Assembly: GCA_965199955.1 (NCBI GenBank)
Contig: CBDATQ010000001.1
Location: 640,001 to 704,000, forward strand
Source of the DNA: Spirochaetia bacterium
Lineage (GTDB): Bacteria > Spirochaetota > Spirochaetia > SZUA-6 > Bin103
Direction of reading: 5' to 3'
DNA length: 64,000 nt
In this document: positions 26,786 through 38,838 of the stretch, in pieces
How positions within the stretch are numbered: the stretch's first letter is position 1
Layout: each line of letters starts with the position of its first letter
Position numbers and translations under genes: made by a program
Notes under the pieces: model-generated
The model's input: the letters and a program-made list of their open reading frames with translations, nothing else
The model's database searches: none
Told to the model about the DNA's origin: nothing

Positions 26786-27068
26786 GTCGACCATGGCGTG
26801 CGGCGGGCCGGCCGTCGGAGAGGCGGGCGTGACGGTGCGCATCCGCTACTTCGCCATCCTGCGCGAGGAGCGGGGCCGGGAGGAGGAGTCGCTGGCGACC
26901 GGCGCCGCCACCGTCGCGGAGCTGTACGATGAGTTGCGCGCGCGCTTCGCCTTCAGCCTGCCCGCGGATCGGCTGCGGGTCGCGTGCAACGGCGACTTCG
27001 TCCCGTGGAGCCGGCCGCTGCGCGACGGCGACCTAGTGGTGTTCATCCCGCCGGTGGCCGGCGGATGA
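26769..27068 (+). CDS. moaD: Molybdopterin synthase sulfur carrier
   Basis: YFAILRE...IPPVAGG C-terminus; start uncertain. Confidence 0.92.
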   Translation: MPTAPESTMACGGPAVGEAGVTVRIRYFAILREERGREEESLATGAATVAELYDELRARFAFSLPADRLRVACNGDFVPWSRPLRDGDLVVFIPPVAGG

Positions 27069-27532
27069 GCAACCCGATGACCGAATCGCCGCGTGCGAAC
27101 TTCACGCTGGCCGCTGTCGCCGTCGATCCCGAAGCGCTCAAGGCGCGGCTGGCGCATCCCGCGGCGGGTGCCTTGGCCACCTTCGAGGGGTGGGTGCGCA
27201 ACCATGCGGACGGCCGCGCCGTGTGCACCCTGGAGTACCAGGTCTACCCGGAACTGGCGCAAGCCGAAGGTGAGCGCGTGGTGACAGACGCGCTACACAC
27301 GTTCGACGTGATCGCCGTACATTGCGTTCATCGCTCTGGTATGCTTCAAGTAGGAGACATGGCAGTGTGGGTCGGAGTCGCCGCCGCGCACCGCGCCGCG
27401 GCCTTCGACGCCTGCCGCTATGTCATCGACAAGATCAAGCAGAGGCTGCCGATCTGGAAACGCGAGAGCTACGCCGAAGGCGACTCCGGTTGGGTCAACT
27501 GCCAGGTAATCGCGGCGCCGGCTGCACAGTGA
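27065..27532 (+). CDS. moaE: Molybdopterin synthase catalytic subunit
   Basis: FEGWVRNH, HRSG, HRAAAF, PIWKRE. Confidence 0.93.
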   Translation: MSNPMTESPRANFTLAAVAVDPEALKARLAHPAAGALATFEGWVRNHADGRAVCTLEYQVYPELAQAEGERVVTDALHTFDVIAVHCVHRSGMLQVGDMAVWVGVAAAHRAAAFDACRYVIDKIKQRLPIWKRESYAEGDSGWVNCQVIAAPAAQ

Positions 27533-27540
27533 GGTGACAC

Positions 27541-28512
27541 GTGGCAGCGAGTAAACGCAGGGACTACGAAGCGGACATCAAGTGGTGGGAGATCACCGAC
27601 CGCGAGCACTTTATCGACCGGCGAGAGTTCATGCGCCGGGCCGGAACGGTGGCCGCCGGCATCGGGCTGGCTACCGTCGTGCCCGGATTCGTGGGCAAGG
27701 CTTTCGCCCAGGGCGGAGCGTTTCCCGGTCTTCCCGGCAGCATCTACGATGCCGAGGAAGCGCCCAACACCCTGCACGAGGCCATCAACAAGAACAACTT
27801 CTACGAGATAGGCGTCACCTCGAGCCGCCGGCCGCGGAGAGAAGAGGGGTTCACCATCAGTCCGTGGCAGGTCTCCATCGGCGGTGAGGTGGACAATCCG
27901 GGGGTGATCGATCTCCAGGACCTGATTTCCCGGTACCGCGACAAGCTGGAGGAGCGTATCTATCGCCTGCGCTGCGTCGAGCGCTGGGCGATGGTGATTC
28001 CATGGGTAGGGTTCCCGCTCCACCACCTGATCAAGGACTACGGGCCCACCTCGCGTGCGAAGTACCTCCGCTTCGAGACCTTCTTCGACGCCGATCAGAT
28101 GCCGCGTGCCCTCCGTTCCATCAGGTATCCCTACGTCGAGGGTCTGCGCATGGACGAGGCGATGAACGACCTGACGCTCGTTACCGTGGGGATGTACGGC
28201 GACGTTCTCCAGACGCCCAATGGGCCGCCCATCCGCATCATGGTTCCCTGGAAGTACGGCTACAAGAGCATCAAGTCGATCATCAAGATCGACTTCGTGG
28301 AGGAGCAGCCGGTGAGCACGTGGACCATGGCGGCCCCGCACGAATACGGTTTCTACTCGAACGTGAATCCCGAGCGGGCCCACCCTCGGTGGAGCCAGCG
28401 CCTGGAGAACCGTATCGGCGTCGGCGGCAGGCGCGAAACGGTGAAGTTCAACGGCTATGGTGAATGGGTCGCCTCGATGTACGAGGGCATGGATCTGATC
28501 AAGTATCACTGA
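27541..28512 (+). CDS. msrP: Methionine-sulfoxide reductase catalytic subunit, copy 1 (divergent)
   Basis: Tat motif DRREF, EERIYRLRCVE, PWKYGYKSIKSI, EYGFYSNVNP, FNGYGE. Confidence 0.9.
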   Translation: MAASKRRDYEADIKWWEITDREHFIDRREFMRRAGTVAAGIGLATVVPGFVGKAFAQGGAFPGLPGSIYDAEEAPNTLHEAINKNNFYEIGVTSSRRPRREEGFTISPWQVSIGGEVDNPGVIDLQDLISRYRDKLEERIYRLRCVERWAMVIPWVGFPLHHLIKDYGPTSRAKYLRFETFFDADQMPRALRSIRYPYVEGLRMDEAMNDLTLVTVGMYGDVLQTPNGPPIRIMVPWKYGYKSIKSIIKIDFVEEQPVSTWTMAAPHEYGFYSNVNPERAHPRWSQRLENRIGVGGRRETVKFNGYGEWVASMYEGMDLIKYH

Positions 28513-28528
28513 GGCTGAGGAGGGACCC

Positions 28529-29209
28529 ATGGCGGACGCGAAACGGAAGCGGCGCAATCCTGCTCAGGTCGCCAAGCGCGCCAAGCTGGTCGTCCTTCCG
28601 CTGACCATGGTGCCGCTGGCCATCGCCTTGGTGCGCTACTTCACCGACCAGTTCGGGGTCGACGCGATCGGCGACTTTACGCTGGACACCGGGAACTGGG
28701 GTATCAGGCTGCTGCTGGCCACGCTCGCCGTCACACCCGTACGCGAGTTGACCGGCTGGAACTGGCTCATCACCTACCGCCGGCCGCTCGGTCTGGCAGC
28801 ATTCTACTACCTGTGCGTCCACCTGCTGGTCTACGCGTACCTGGACTTCGCATTGAACCTGGAGTTCATCCTGATCGATGTCACCGAGTCGATCTTCATC
28901 GTGGTGGGAGTGGCCGGGTTCCTGCTGTTGATCCCATTGGCGATCACCTCCACCACCGGCTGGATCCGTCGCTTGGGCAAGCGCTGGCGCATGCTGCACC
29001 GGCTGGCGTACCTCGCGCTCATCCTGGGGGTCGTGCACTATCTTCTTCAGGTCAAGGAAATCACCTTCCAGCTTGCGGCCTACATGGTTGCCGGCGCGCT
29101 CCTGCTCGGCTACCGCGTCGTCGCGCCACTGCTGAAGCGTGCCGGCGCCGGGAAGTCGTCGGCTCGCAGTCGCCAGGCAGCGACTACACCGCGCCCGGGC
29201 GGAGGCTGA
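28529..29209 (+). CDS. msrQ: Methionine-sulfoxide reductase heme membrane subunit, copy 1
   Basis: TLAVTP, RRPLGL, YLCVH, LAITST, WRMLHRLAY, VVHY. Confidence 0.9.
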   Translation: MADAKRKRRNPAQVAKRAKLVVLPLTMVPLAIALVRYFTDQFGVDAIGDFTLDTGNWGIRLLLATLAVTPVRELTGWNWLITYRRPLGLAAFYYLCVHLLVYAYLDFALNLEFILIDVTESIFIVVGVAGFLLLIPLAITSTTGWIRRLGKRWRMLHRLAYLALILGVVHYLLQVKEITFQLAAYMVAGALLLGYRVVAPLLKRAGAGKSSARSRQAATTPRPGGG

Positions 29210-29282
29210 CCCGGGAAGCCAAAGAGCATCTGGATAAACCGTCAACGCGTCGGGGAGCCAGTCCCCGGGGAGGAAGGAGAAC

Positions 29283-30266
29283 ATGATCAAGAGATCGCTC
29301 GCTAGCCGGCTGAATGCCGACATCGTCCCGTCGGAGATCACCGATCGCGACGTCTACCTGAGTCGACGCCAGTTCCTGGCGCGTGCCGGCGGCGCGGCCG
29401 CCGGCACCGCCCTGGTGCTGGGCGCGCCGGCTCTGTCGTGGCCGCTGGACGCCTCCGTCTACGCGAACGCGACGCCCTCGCCCTTGAGCACCGATGAGCC
29501 ACAGACCACCTTCATGCAGGCGACCACCTACAACAACTTCTGGGAGTTCGGAGACAAGAAGCACCATCCGGCGGAGAACTCGAAGGACTTCAAACCGCGC
29601 CCCTGGGAGGTGACCATCTCGGGCGAAGTGGGAAAGCCGCTGACCCTGGACATCGACGACCTGATCGGGCGCTTCTCGCTTGAGGAACGCATCTACCGGC
29701 TGCGCTGCGTGGAGGGATGGTCGATGGTGATCCCGTGGATCGGCTTTCCCCTGTCGGAGCTGATCAGCGCCGTCGAGCCGACCTCGAAAGCGAAGTTCGT
29801 GCACTTCGTCACGCTCTACTCGAAGGAGCAATTCCCGGCGCACAGGACCAATTCATACCTGTCCGGTCTTTGGCCGTACGAGGAGGCGCTGCGCCTGGAC
29901 GAGGCGATGAACGAGCTGACCATGATGGCGGTCGGCATGTACGGGCAGGAGCTGGCGAACACCAACGGGGCGCCGATGCGCCTGCTGGTGCCGTGGAAGT
30001 ACGGCTTCAAGAACATCAAGTCGATCGTGTCCATCGAGCTGACCGAGCAGCAGCCCAAGGCCACCTGGAACCAGGCCAATCCGCGGTACTACGGCTGGTA
30101 TTCCAACGTGAACCCGCGAGTCAACCCGGTCCCCTACAGTCAGGCGACCGAGCGGCGCTATGCGGAGGGCACGGTAATCGGTCGGCGCCGCACCGAGCTG
30201 TTCAACGGCTACGGGGAGTACGTCGCCGACCTGTACAAGGACCTGGACCTGCGCCGCAACTACTGA
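29283..30266 (+). CDS. msrP: Methionine-sulfoxide reductase catalytic subunit, copy 2
   Basis: Tat motif SRRQF, YNNFWEFG, RLRCVEGWSMVIPW, PWKYGFKNIKSI. Confidence 0.93.
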   Translation: MIKRSLASRLNADIVPSEITDRDVYLSRRQFLARAGGAAAGTALVLGAPALSWPLDASVYANATPSPLSTDEPQTTFMQATTYNNFWEFGDKKHHPAENSKDFKPRPWEVTISGEVGKPLTLDIDDLIGRFSLEERIYRLRCVEGWSMVIPWIGFPLSELISAVEPTSKAKFVHFVTLYSKEQFPAHRTNSYLSGLWPYEEALRLDEAMNELTMMAVGMYGQELANTNGAPMRLLVPWKYGFKNIKSIVSIELTEQQPKATWNQANPRYYGWYSNVNPRVNPVPYSQATERRYAEGTVIGRRRTELFNGYGEYVADLYKDLDLRRNY

Positions 30267-30276
30267 CGGTTCCGCG

Positions 30277-30915
30277 GTGAATCCGTTCCGACAGTTCTGG
30301 GATGCGCGGCCGATCGAACGCGCGCGTCTGGTCAAGCCGGCGCTGTACGCGGCAGCGTTGCTGCCGCTTGTCAACATCGCGCAGGGCTGGTTCCGCGGCT
30401 CGTTCGAGACGAGTTCGATCCTGATTGATGAGGTGACGCTGCGCAGCGGCAACTGGGCGATCCGCTTCCTGCTGGCGTCGCTGGCGGTGACGCCGCTGCG
30501 CGGCCTGACCAAGTGGAATTGGCTTGCCACCTACCGGCGTCCGCTCGGATTGCTGGCGTTCACTTACGCCCTGCTGCACGTGCTGATCTACACGGTGCTG
30601 GACTTCGCCCTGGCATTCGACCTGATTATCCTGGACATCGTCGGCGCCGGCTACATCATCGTCGGGCTCACCGCCTTCGCCGCCATGGCGCCACTGGCGG
30701 TGACGTCGACCACCGGCTGGATCCGCAGGCTCGGCAAGAACTGGACGGTGCTGCACCGGCTGGCGTACCTGGCGCTTGCCGCCGGTGTCGTCCACTACGC
30801 CCTGCAACTCAAGCACCTGGAGTCCCAGTTCCTGATCTACGCCGTGATCGGCGCCGTGCTGCTGGGCTATCGCGGCGTGAACGCGCTCGCGGCGTCGGCG
30901 GCCAAGCGACGGTAG
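30277..30915 (+). CDS. msrQ: Methionine-sulfoxide reductase heme membrane subunit, copy 2
   Basis: SLAVTP, RRPLGL, YALLH, LAVTST, LHRLAY, VVHY. Confidence 0.9.
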   Translation: MNPFRQFWDARPIERARLVKPALYAAALLPLVNIAQGWFRGSFETSSILIDEVTLRSGNWAIRFLLASLAVTPLRGLTKWNWLATYRRPLGLLAFTYALLHVLIYTVLDFALAFDLIILDIVGAGYIIVGLTAFAAMAPLAVTSTTGWIRRLGKNWTVLHRLAYLALAAGVVHYALQLKHLESQFLIYAVIGAVLLGYRGVNALAASAAKRR

Positions 30916-31185
30916 CCCAACCCCGGTCGCCTCACCGCGTACGAGCGGAAGTCGCGATCTCCGAGCGCACCCGCAGTCCGCTCTTGGTCGGCGCAGCGCC
31001 GATCAGATTGGCCACCACGGCCGGACTGACCAACGGATCGGCGCTGCCGTCGGCGACCACGACGGTCAGCTGTCGCCGATCGTAGAGTACAATTTGTCAC
31101 GAGCGGAGTTGCCGCGCGTGGGAGGCGTCTCTCAGCAGCTCCGGTGCCCTCCGGTAGGTCTCAGGGCGTAAGCGCGCTGACGGCG

Positions 31186-33810
<2,625 letters not shown>

Positions 33811-33895
33811 GGGGCTGTTCAGAACCTACGTGCGGACTCGCCGACCGGTCAAAATTCGCCCGTGCGCCCCGTCACGGTCCCCGCCGGCACCAGTA

Positions 33896-34022
33896 GTACC
33901 CCATCAAACGGTAGTTTTGGGGGTGCGTGCCACGGAAACTCGACCTTGTGCGCGCTGTTCCAGCGCGCTTGAAGCCCGTGTAGCCACCTATGTCAACCGT
34001 CGACATCGGTTTGATGGGGTAC
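33896..34022. repeat. 127-bp rod-like inverted-repeat element (MITE-like or ncRNA)
   Basis: GTACCCCATCAAAC / GTTTGATGGGGTAC perfect 14-bp terminal IR plus a central GCGCGCTG-TTC-CAGCGCGC hairpin. Confidence 0.65.
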
Positions 34023-34025
34023 CAG

Positions 34026-34054
34026 TTGACAGCCTCCATTCCGTTTCTTAGTGT
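34026..34054 (+). promoter_or_regulatory. Sigma70-type promoter of the nqr operon
   Basis: TTGACA-17 nt-TAGTGT. Confidence 0.65.
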
Positions 34055-34162
34055 CCGCGCGGCGTCTACGGCGTTGTATCCCCGCTCACAAGAGGTACCC
34101 TTGGGCACGACCGCCCACCAGCACCTGCGAGGGACAGCCGCGTGCGCCGACGAGTACATCCG

Positions 34163-35515
34163 GTGAATCGAACAATCAAACGCGGATACGACATACGTCT
34201 GGCCGGCCGGCCGGATGACGCGGTCATCGACGCTCCTCTGCCGTCGGCCGTTGCCATCAAGCCGCCGGACTTTCGCGGCATCATCGCCCGACCGGACGTG
34301 CAGCCCGGCGACGCGGTGAAGGTGGGCTCGCCCCTGTTCCATGACAAGGAGCACGAGGACTTCCTGTTCACCTCGCCGGTTTCCGGCACGGTCGCGGAGG
34401 TGGAGCGCGGTGCGCGCCGCGCCATCCAGAAGGTGGTGGTCTCATCGGACGGCCGCCAGGACGCGCTGGCACTCGACCCGCCGGCGCTGGCATCGGCCGA
34501 TCGCGGCCAGGTGCTCGATGCCCTGGGGCGCAGCGGCCTGCTGGCGGCCATCACCCAGCGGCCGCTGGCCGTGGCTCCCGACCCGACGGTGGCCCCGCGC
34601 GACATCTTCGTGCCGGCCGTCGACACGGCGCCGCTGGCCGCCGACTGCGCGCTGTTGCTGCGCGGCTCGGAGGACGCGTTCCGCACCGGGCTGCAGGCGC
34701 TGTCCCGCCTCACGGACGGACACGTCCACCTCTGCACCGACGGAGCGCTGGAGCTGCCGGAAGTGGAGAACGTCGACCGGCTGGAGCGGCACGTGTTCCG
34801 CGGCCCGCATCCGGCCGGCAACGCGGGCGTGCACATCCACCACATTGCCCCGATCGCGAACCGCACCGACGCGGTGTGGGTCTGTCCGCTGCAGGGCGTG
34901 ATCCTGATCGGCCGCCTGTTCGAAGAGGGACGCCTGGTGCCGGACATCGTGGTGGCCTCCACGGGCAGTTCGGCGCCGCGCCATACGCACGTGCGCACGG
35001 TGCTCGGCGCGCCGGTCGAGGCGGTCACCGGCGGGCGCGTCGACCACGAGGCGCGCTACATCGCGGGCAACCCGCTCACCGGAATCCCCGTCGGACCGGA
35101 CGGATTCCTGGGCTTCATGGACACCTCCGTGACCGTGCTGCCGGAGCACCATGGCCACAAGCTGATGGGCTGGGCGATGCCGAGGCTCGGCACCGCCAGC
35201 CGCTCGCGGACTTTTCCGTCGGCGTGGCTGCCGGCCCTGTTCGGCCGCAACGGATTCACCGCCACCACCGAGTTGCACGGCGGGGAGCGCGCCTTCATCG
35301 CCACCGGCATCTACCGCGACGTGCTGCCGATGGACGTCTTTCCCGAATTCCTGATGAAGAGCATCCTGGCCGACGACATCCCGGAGATGGAGGGGCTCGG
35401 CATCTACGAGCTGGCCGAGGAGGACGTGGCCCTGTGCGAGTACATCTGCCCTTCGAAGATCCGCTGGCAAGAGATCCTGCGGCGCGGGCTCGACCTGATT
35501 CAGCGCGAAGCGTGA
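34163..35515 (+). CDS. nqrA: Na+-translocating NADH:quinone reductase subunit A
   Basis: IKRGYDIRLAG, SPVSGTV, GPHPAGN, GGERA, ELAEEDVALCEYICPSK; start 34142 or 34163. Confidence 0.93.
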   Translation: MNRTIKRGYDIRLAGRPDDAVIDAPLPSAVAIKPPDFRGIIARPDVQPGDAVKVGSPLFHDKEHEDFLFTSPVSGTVAEVERGARRAIQKVVVSSDGRQDALALDPPALASADRGQVLDALGRSGLLAAITQRPLAVAPDPTVAPRDIFVPAVDTAPLAADCALLLRGSEDAFRTGLQALSRLTDGHVHLCTDGALELPEVENVDRLERHVFRGPHPAGNAGVHIHHIAPIANRTDAVWVCPLQGVILIGRLFEEGRLVPDIVVASTGSSAPRHTHVRTVLGAPVEAVTGGRVDHEARYIAGNPLTGIPVGPDGFLGFMDTSVTVLPEHHGHKLMGWAMPRLGTASRSRTFPSAWLPALFGRNGFTATTELHGGERAFIATGIYRDVLPMDVFPEFLMKSILADDIPEMEGLGIYELAEEDVALCEYICPSKIRWQEILRRGLDLIQREA

Positions 35516-35522
35516 CGGTGAC

Positions 35523-36743
35523 ATGAAGCGACCGGAAGGTACGGACCCGGGACACGAGAACGGATCGGCAAGCATGATCGACAAGCTGATCCACAAGGCG
35601 GAGGCGCACTTCGAGGAAGGCGGCAAGTTCCACCGGCTGTACTACGTGTTCGACATGTTGAAGTCCATGCACTTCTCCCTGCCGACGCGCACGCAGGGCG
35701 GGGTGCACATCCGCGACGGCATCGACGTGCGGCGCATGATGGCCACGGTCATCATCGCCCTGATCCCGCCGCTGCTGTACGGCATGTACAACATCGGCTT
35801 TCAGAACCTGGTGGCCTTGGGCACCGATCCGGCGGCGGTCCCGATCGGGCGGGCGTTCGGGATCGGCCTGCTCAAGATGCTGCCGATCCTGGCGGTCACC
35901 TACGTCGTCGGCGGCGCCTGGGAGGCGCTGTTCGCGGTCGTGCGCAAGCACGAGGTGAGCGAAGGGTTCCTGGTCACCGGCCTGCTGGTGCCGCTGATCG
36001 TGCCGCCGACCATCCCGCTCTGGCAGCTCGCCATCGCCACCTCCTTCGGGGTGGTCATCGGCAAGGAGATCTTCGGCGGCACCGGCATGAACATCTTCAA
36101 CCCGGCGCTGGTGATCCGGGCGTTCCTGTTCTTCGCCTATCCCGTGCAGATCTCCGGTGACCTGGTGTGGGTGGCCGTCGACGGCCACACCGCGGCGACA
36201 CCGCTGGCGGTGATCGCCGAGGGGGCCCTGGAGACCGGCGACGTCCTGACCGAGCTCACCGCCGCCGGCTTCACGTGGTGGAACATGTTCGTCGGCTCCA
36301 TCCCCGGCAGCATCGGGGAGACCTCGGCCCTCGCCATCCTGCTCGGTGGCGTGCTGCTGGTGGCTGCCGGCGTCGGAAGCTGGCGCGTGATGCTCTCCAT
36401 GCTGCTGGGCGGGATCGTCATGGCGCTGCTGCTCAACCTGGTCGCCCCGAGCCCGGCCAGCTTCGCCGCGCTGCCGGCGCACTACCACCTGGTGATGGGC
36501 GGCTTCGCGTTCGGCCTGGTCTACATGGCGACCGACCCGGTGTCGGCCGCCGCCACCAACACCGGCAAGTGGATCTACGGCGCCATCGTCGGCGCGCTGT
36601 CGATCCTGGTACGGACCGTTAACCCGGCCTACCCCGAGGGCGTGATGCTGGCGATATTGTTCATGAACATGTTCGCACCGCTCATCGACTACTACGTGGT
36701 CAAGGCCAACATGCGGCGGAGGCTGGCACGTGCAGCACAGTAA
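35523..36743 (+). CDS. nqrB: NQR subunit B
   Basis: HIRDGID, KEIFGGTG, FFAYP, FMN site TAAT, GSIGETS, MATDPVS, YPEG. Confidence 0.95.
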   Translation: MKRPEGTDPGHENGSASMIDKLIHKAEAHFEEGGKFHRLYYVFDMLKSMHFSLPTRTQGGVHIRDGIDVRRMMATVIIALIPPLLYGMYNIGFQNLVALGTDPAAVPIGRAFGIGLLKMLPILAVTYVVGGAWEALFAVVRKHEVSEGFLVTGLLVPLIVPPTIPLWQLAIATSFGVVIGKEIFGGTGMNIFNPALVIRAFLFFAYPVQISGDLVWVAVDGHTAATPLAVIAEGALETGDVLTELTAAGFTWWNMFVGSIPGSIGETSALAILLGGVLLVAAGVGSWRVMLSMLLGGIVMALLLNLVAPSPASFAALPAHYHLVMGGFAFGLVYMATDPVSAAATNTGKWIYGAIVGALSILVRTVNPAYPEGVMLAILFMNMFAPLIDYYVVKANMRRRLARAAQ

Positions 36744-37467
36744 GCCCTACAGCATCGGCTTCATCCTGATCATCACCGCGCTCTTCGGCCTGCTGCTGGC
36801 GCTGGCGGCCAGCGCCCTGCGCGAACGCCAGCAGTTCAACGAGGAAGTGAACGTCAAGCGCAACATCCTGATGGCGGTCGGCGTGCTGGACCGCGACCGG
36901 GAGATGGAGCTGGACGAGATCGACGCCATGTACCGGGAGTCGGTGGAGAGCTTCGCGGTCGACGCGGAGGGCACGATCGTCGAAGGGGTGTCCGGCGAGT
37001 CGCTCGACCTGGAGGTGGTGCTTCAGAATCCCGACACCGGCCAGCACCAGTATCCGGTGTTCGTGGCAATGGATGCGGGCGGCAGCACCGTGTACGCGAT
37101 CCCGGTGTTCGGCAAGGGGCTGTGGTCCACGCTGTACGGCTACCTGGCCCTGGAGGCCGACCTGGAGACGGTGCGGGGCATGACGTTCTACGCGCATGGA
37201 GAGACGCCCGGCCTGGGCGCCGAGATTGAGCAGGCGTGGTTCCAGGACAACTTCGTCGGCAAGAAGATCTACGACGCGGGTGCGTTGCGCACGATCCAAG
37301 TCGTCAAGGGAACCGTGGAGAACCGGATACAGGATCCCGGCGACCGCGACTACTACGTGGACGGCATCAGCGGGGCGACCATCACCGGCCGCGGGGTCAG
37401 CAACCTGCTTGAAACGAAAGTGGCCTTGTACGAACCTTTCTTCAGACGGATTCGCGCGGGAGGATGA
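36730..37467 (+). CDS. nqrC: NQR subunit C
   Basis: GKGLWS, HGETPGLGAEI, FMN site DGISGATIT. Confidence 0.94.
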   Translation: MQHSKPYSIGFILIITALFGLLLALAASALRERQQFNEEVNVKRNILMAVGVLDRDREMELDEIDAMYRESVESFAVDAEGTIVEGVSGESLDLEVVLQNPDTGQHQYPVFVAMDAGGSTVYAIPVFGKGLWSTLYGYLALEADLETVRGMTFYAHGETPGLGAEIEQAWFQDNFVGKKIYDAGALRTIQVVKGTVENRIQDPGDRDYYVDGISGATITGRGVSNLLETKVALYEPFFRRIRAGG

Positions 37468-37508
37468 CGTGCGGGAGGATGAGGAGCTCGACATGAGAGG
37501 AGGGACCC

Positions 37509-38186
37509 ATGGCTGACGCCGCTGTCGCACAGGGAACACGCACCGCGGAACGTGAACCGCTGTTCTCGGCCAAGAACCGCAAGGCGTTTCGCGACCCGCT
37601 GATCGACGACAACCCGATCGCGACCCAGGTACTGGGCATCTGCTCCGCCCTGGCGGTGACCACCCAGGTGAAGCCGTCGGTGGTGATGGGCATCTCGGTC
37701 ACCTTCGTGATCGTCATGTCCAACGTGATCATCTCCGTGCTGCGCAAGCTCATTCCCTACAACGTGCGCATCGTCGTGGAGATGACCGTGATCGCGTCGC
37801 TGGTGATCCTGGTGGACCAGGTGCTGAAGGCGTACGCCTTCGACGTGTCGCGGCAGCTCTCCGTGTTCGTCGGCCTGATCATCACCAACTGCATCATCAT
37901 GGGCCGCCTCGAGGCGTTCGCGATGGCCAACAGGCCGTGGCCGTCGCTCCTGGACGGCCTGGGCAACGGCCTTGGCTACGCGGCGGTCATCGTCATCGTC
38001 GGCTTCTTCCGCGAGCTGCTGGGCGCCGGCAACCTCTACGGCGTGCAGGTGGTTCCGCAGTTCCTGTACGACTCCGGGTTCGTCAACAACGGCCTGATGG
38101 CGCTGCCGCCGGGGGCGTTCTTCCTGCTCGGGTTGCTCATCTGGGTTCAGCGGCTGATCGCCAAGGACGCTCAGGAGGACGGCTAG
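37509..38186 (+). CDS. nqrD: NQR subunit D
   Basis: LGICSALAVT, LSVFVGLIITNCIIMGR. Confidence 0.95.
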   Translation: MADAAVAQGTRTAEREPLFSAKNRKAFRDPLIDDNPIATQVLGICSALAVTTQVKPSVVMGISVTFVIVMSNVIISVLRKLIPYNVRIVVEMTVIASLVILVDQVLKAYAFDVSRQLSVFVGLIITNCIIMGRLEAFAMANRPWPSLLDGLGNGLGYAAVIVIVGFFRELLGAGNLYGVQVVPQFLYDSGFVNNGLMALPPGAFFLLGLLIWVQRLIAKDAQEDG

Positions 38187-38189
38187 GCC

Positions 38190-38801
38190 ATGGCGCTGAT
38201 CAACCTGGCCGTCAAGGCCATCTTCGTCGAGAACATCCTGCTGGCCTTCTTCCTGGGCATGTGCTCGTTCCTGGCCGTCTCCAAGCAGGTGAAGACCGCG
38301 GTCGGGCTGGGCTTCGCGGTCATCTTCGTGCTCGGCATCACCGCGCCGATCAACTGGGCCGTACACGAGTACCTGCTCAAGGACGGCGCCCTGGGCTGGG
38401 TCAGCCCCCAGATGGCCGACGTCGACCTCAGTTTCCTGAACTTCGTCGCCTTCATCGCGGTCATCGCCGTCATGGTGCAGCTCGTGGAGATGGTGATCGA
38501 GAAGACCTCGACCGGCCTGTACACGGCGCTCGGCATCTACCTGCCGCTGATCACGGTCAACTGCTCCATCCTGGGCGGATCGCTGTTCCTGGTGGAGCGC
38601 AACTACACGTTCCTGGAGTCGACCGTGTTCGGGCTGGGATCCGGCATCGGCTGGATGCTGGCGATCGTCGCCCTGGCCGCGATCCGGGAGAAGATCCGCT
38701 ACTCCAACGTACCGGCGGCCCTGCGCGGGCTGGGCATGACCATGTTGTTGACCGGGCTGATGTCGATTGCGTTCATGAGCTTCGCCGGCATCACGCTGTA
38801 G
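38190..38801 (+). CDS. nqrE: NQR subunit E
   Basis: [29 protein letters not shown]. Confidence 0.95.
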   Translation: MALINLAVKAIFVENILLAFFLGMCSFLAVSKQVKTAVGLGFAVIFVLGITAPINWAVHEYLLKDGALGWVSPQMADVDLSFLNFVAFIAVIAVMVQLVEMVIEKTSTGLYTALGIYLPLITVNCSILGGSLFLVERNYTFLESTVFGLGSGIGWMLAIVALAAIREKIRYSNVPAALRGLGMTMLLTGLMSIAFMSFAGITL

Positions 38802-38838
38802 CGGAACGTTCGCAGGCACTCACACAGGAGGAACCGCC

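Noticed and set aside
30916..31185. GC-rich hairpins between msrQ2 and clpB (similar ones at 15326-15383 and 60597-60650)
   Set aside because: Short stems expected at this GC content or simple terminators; I found no sequence shared between them.
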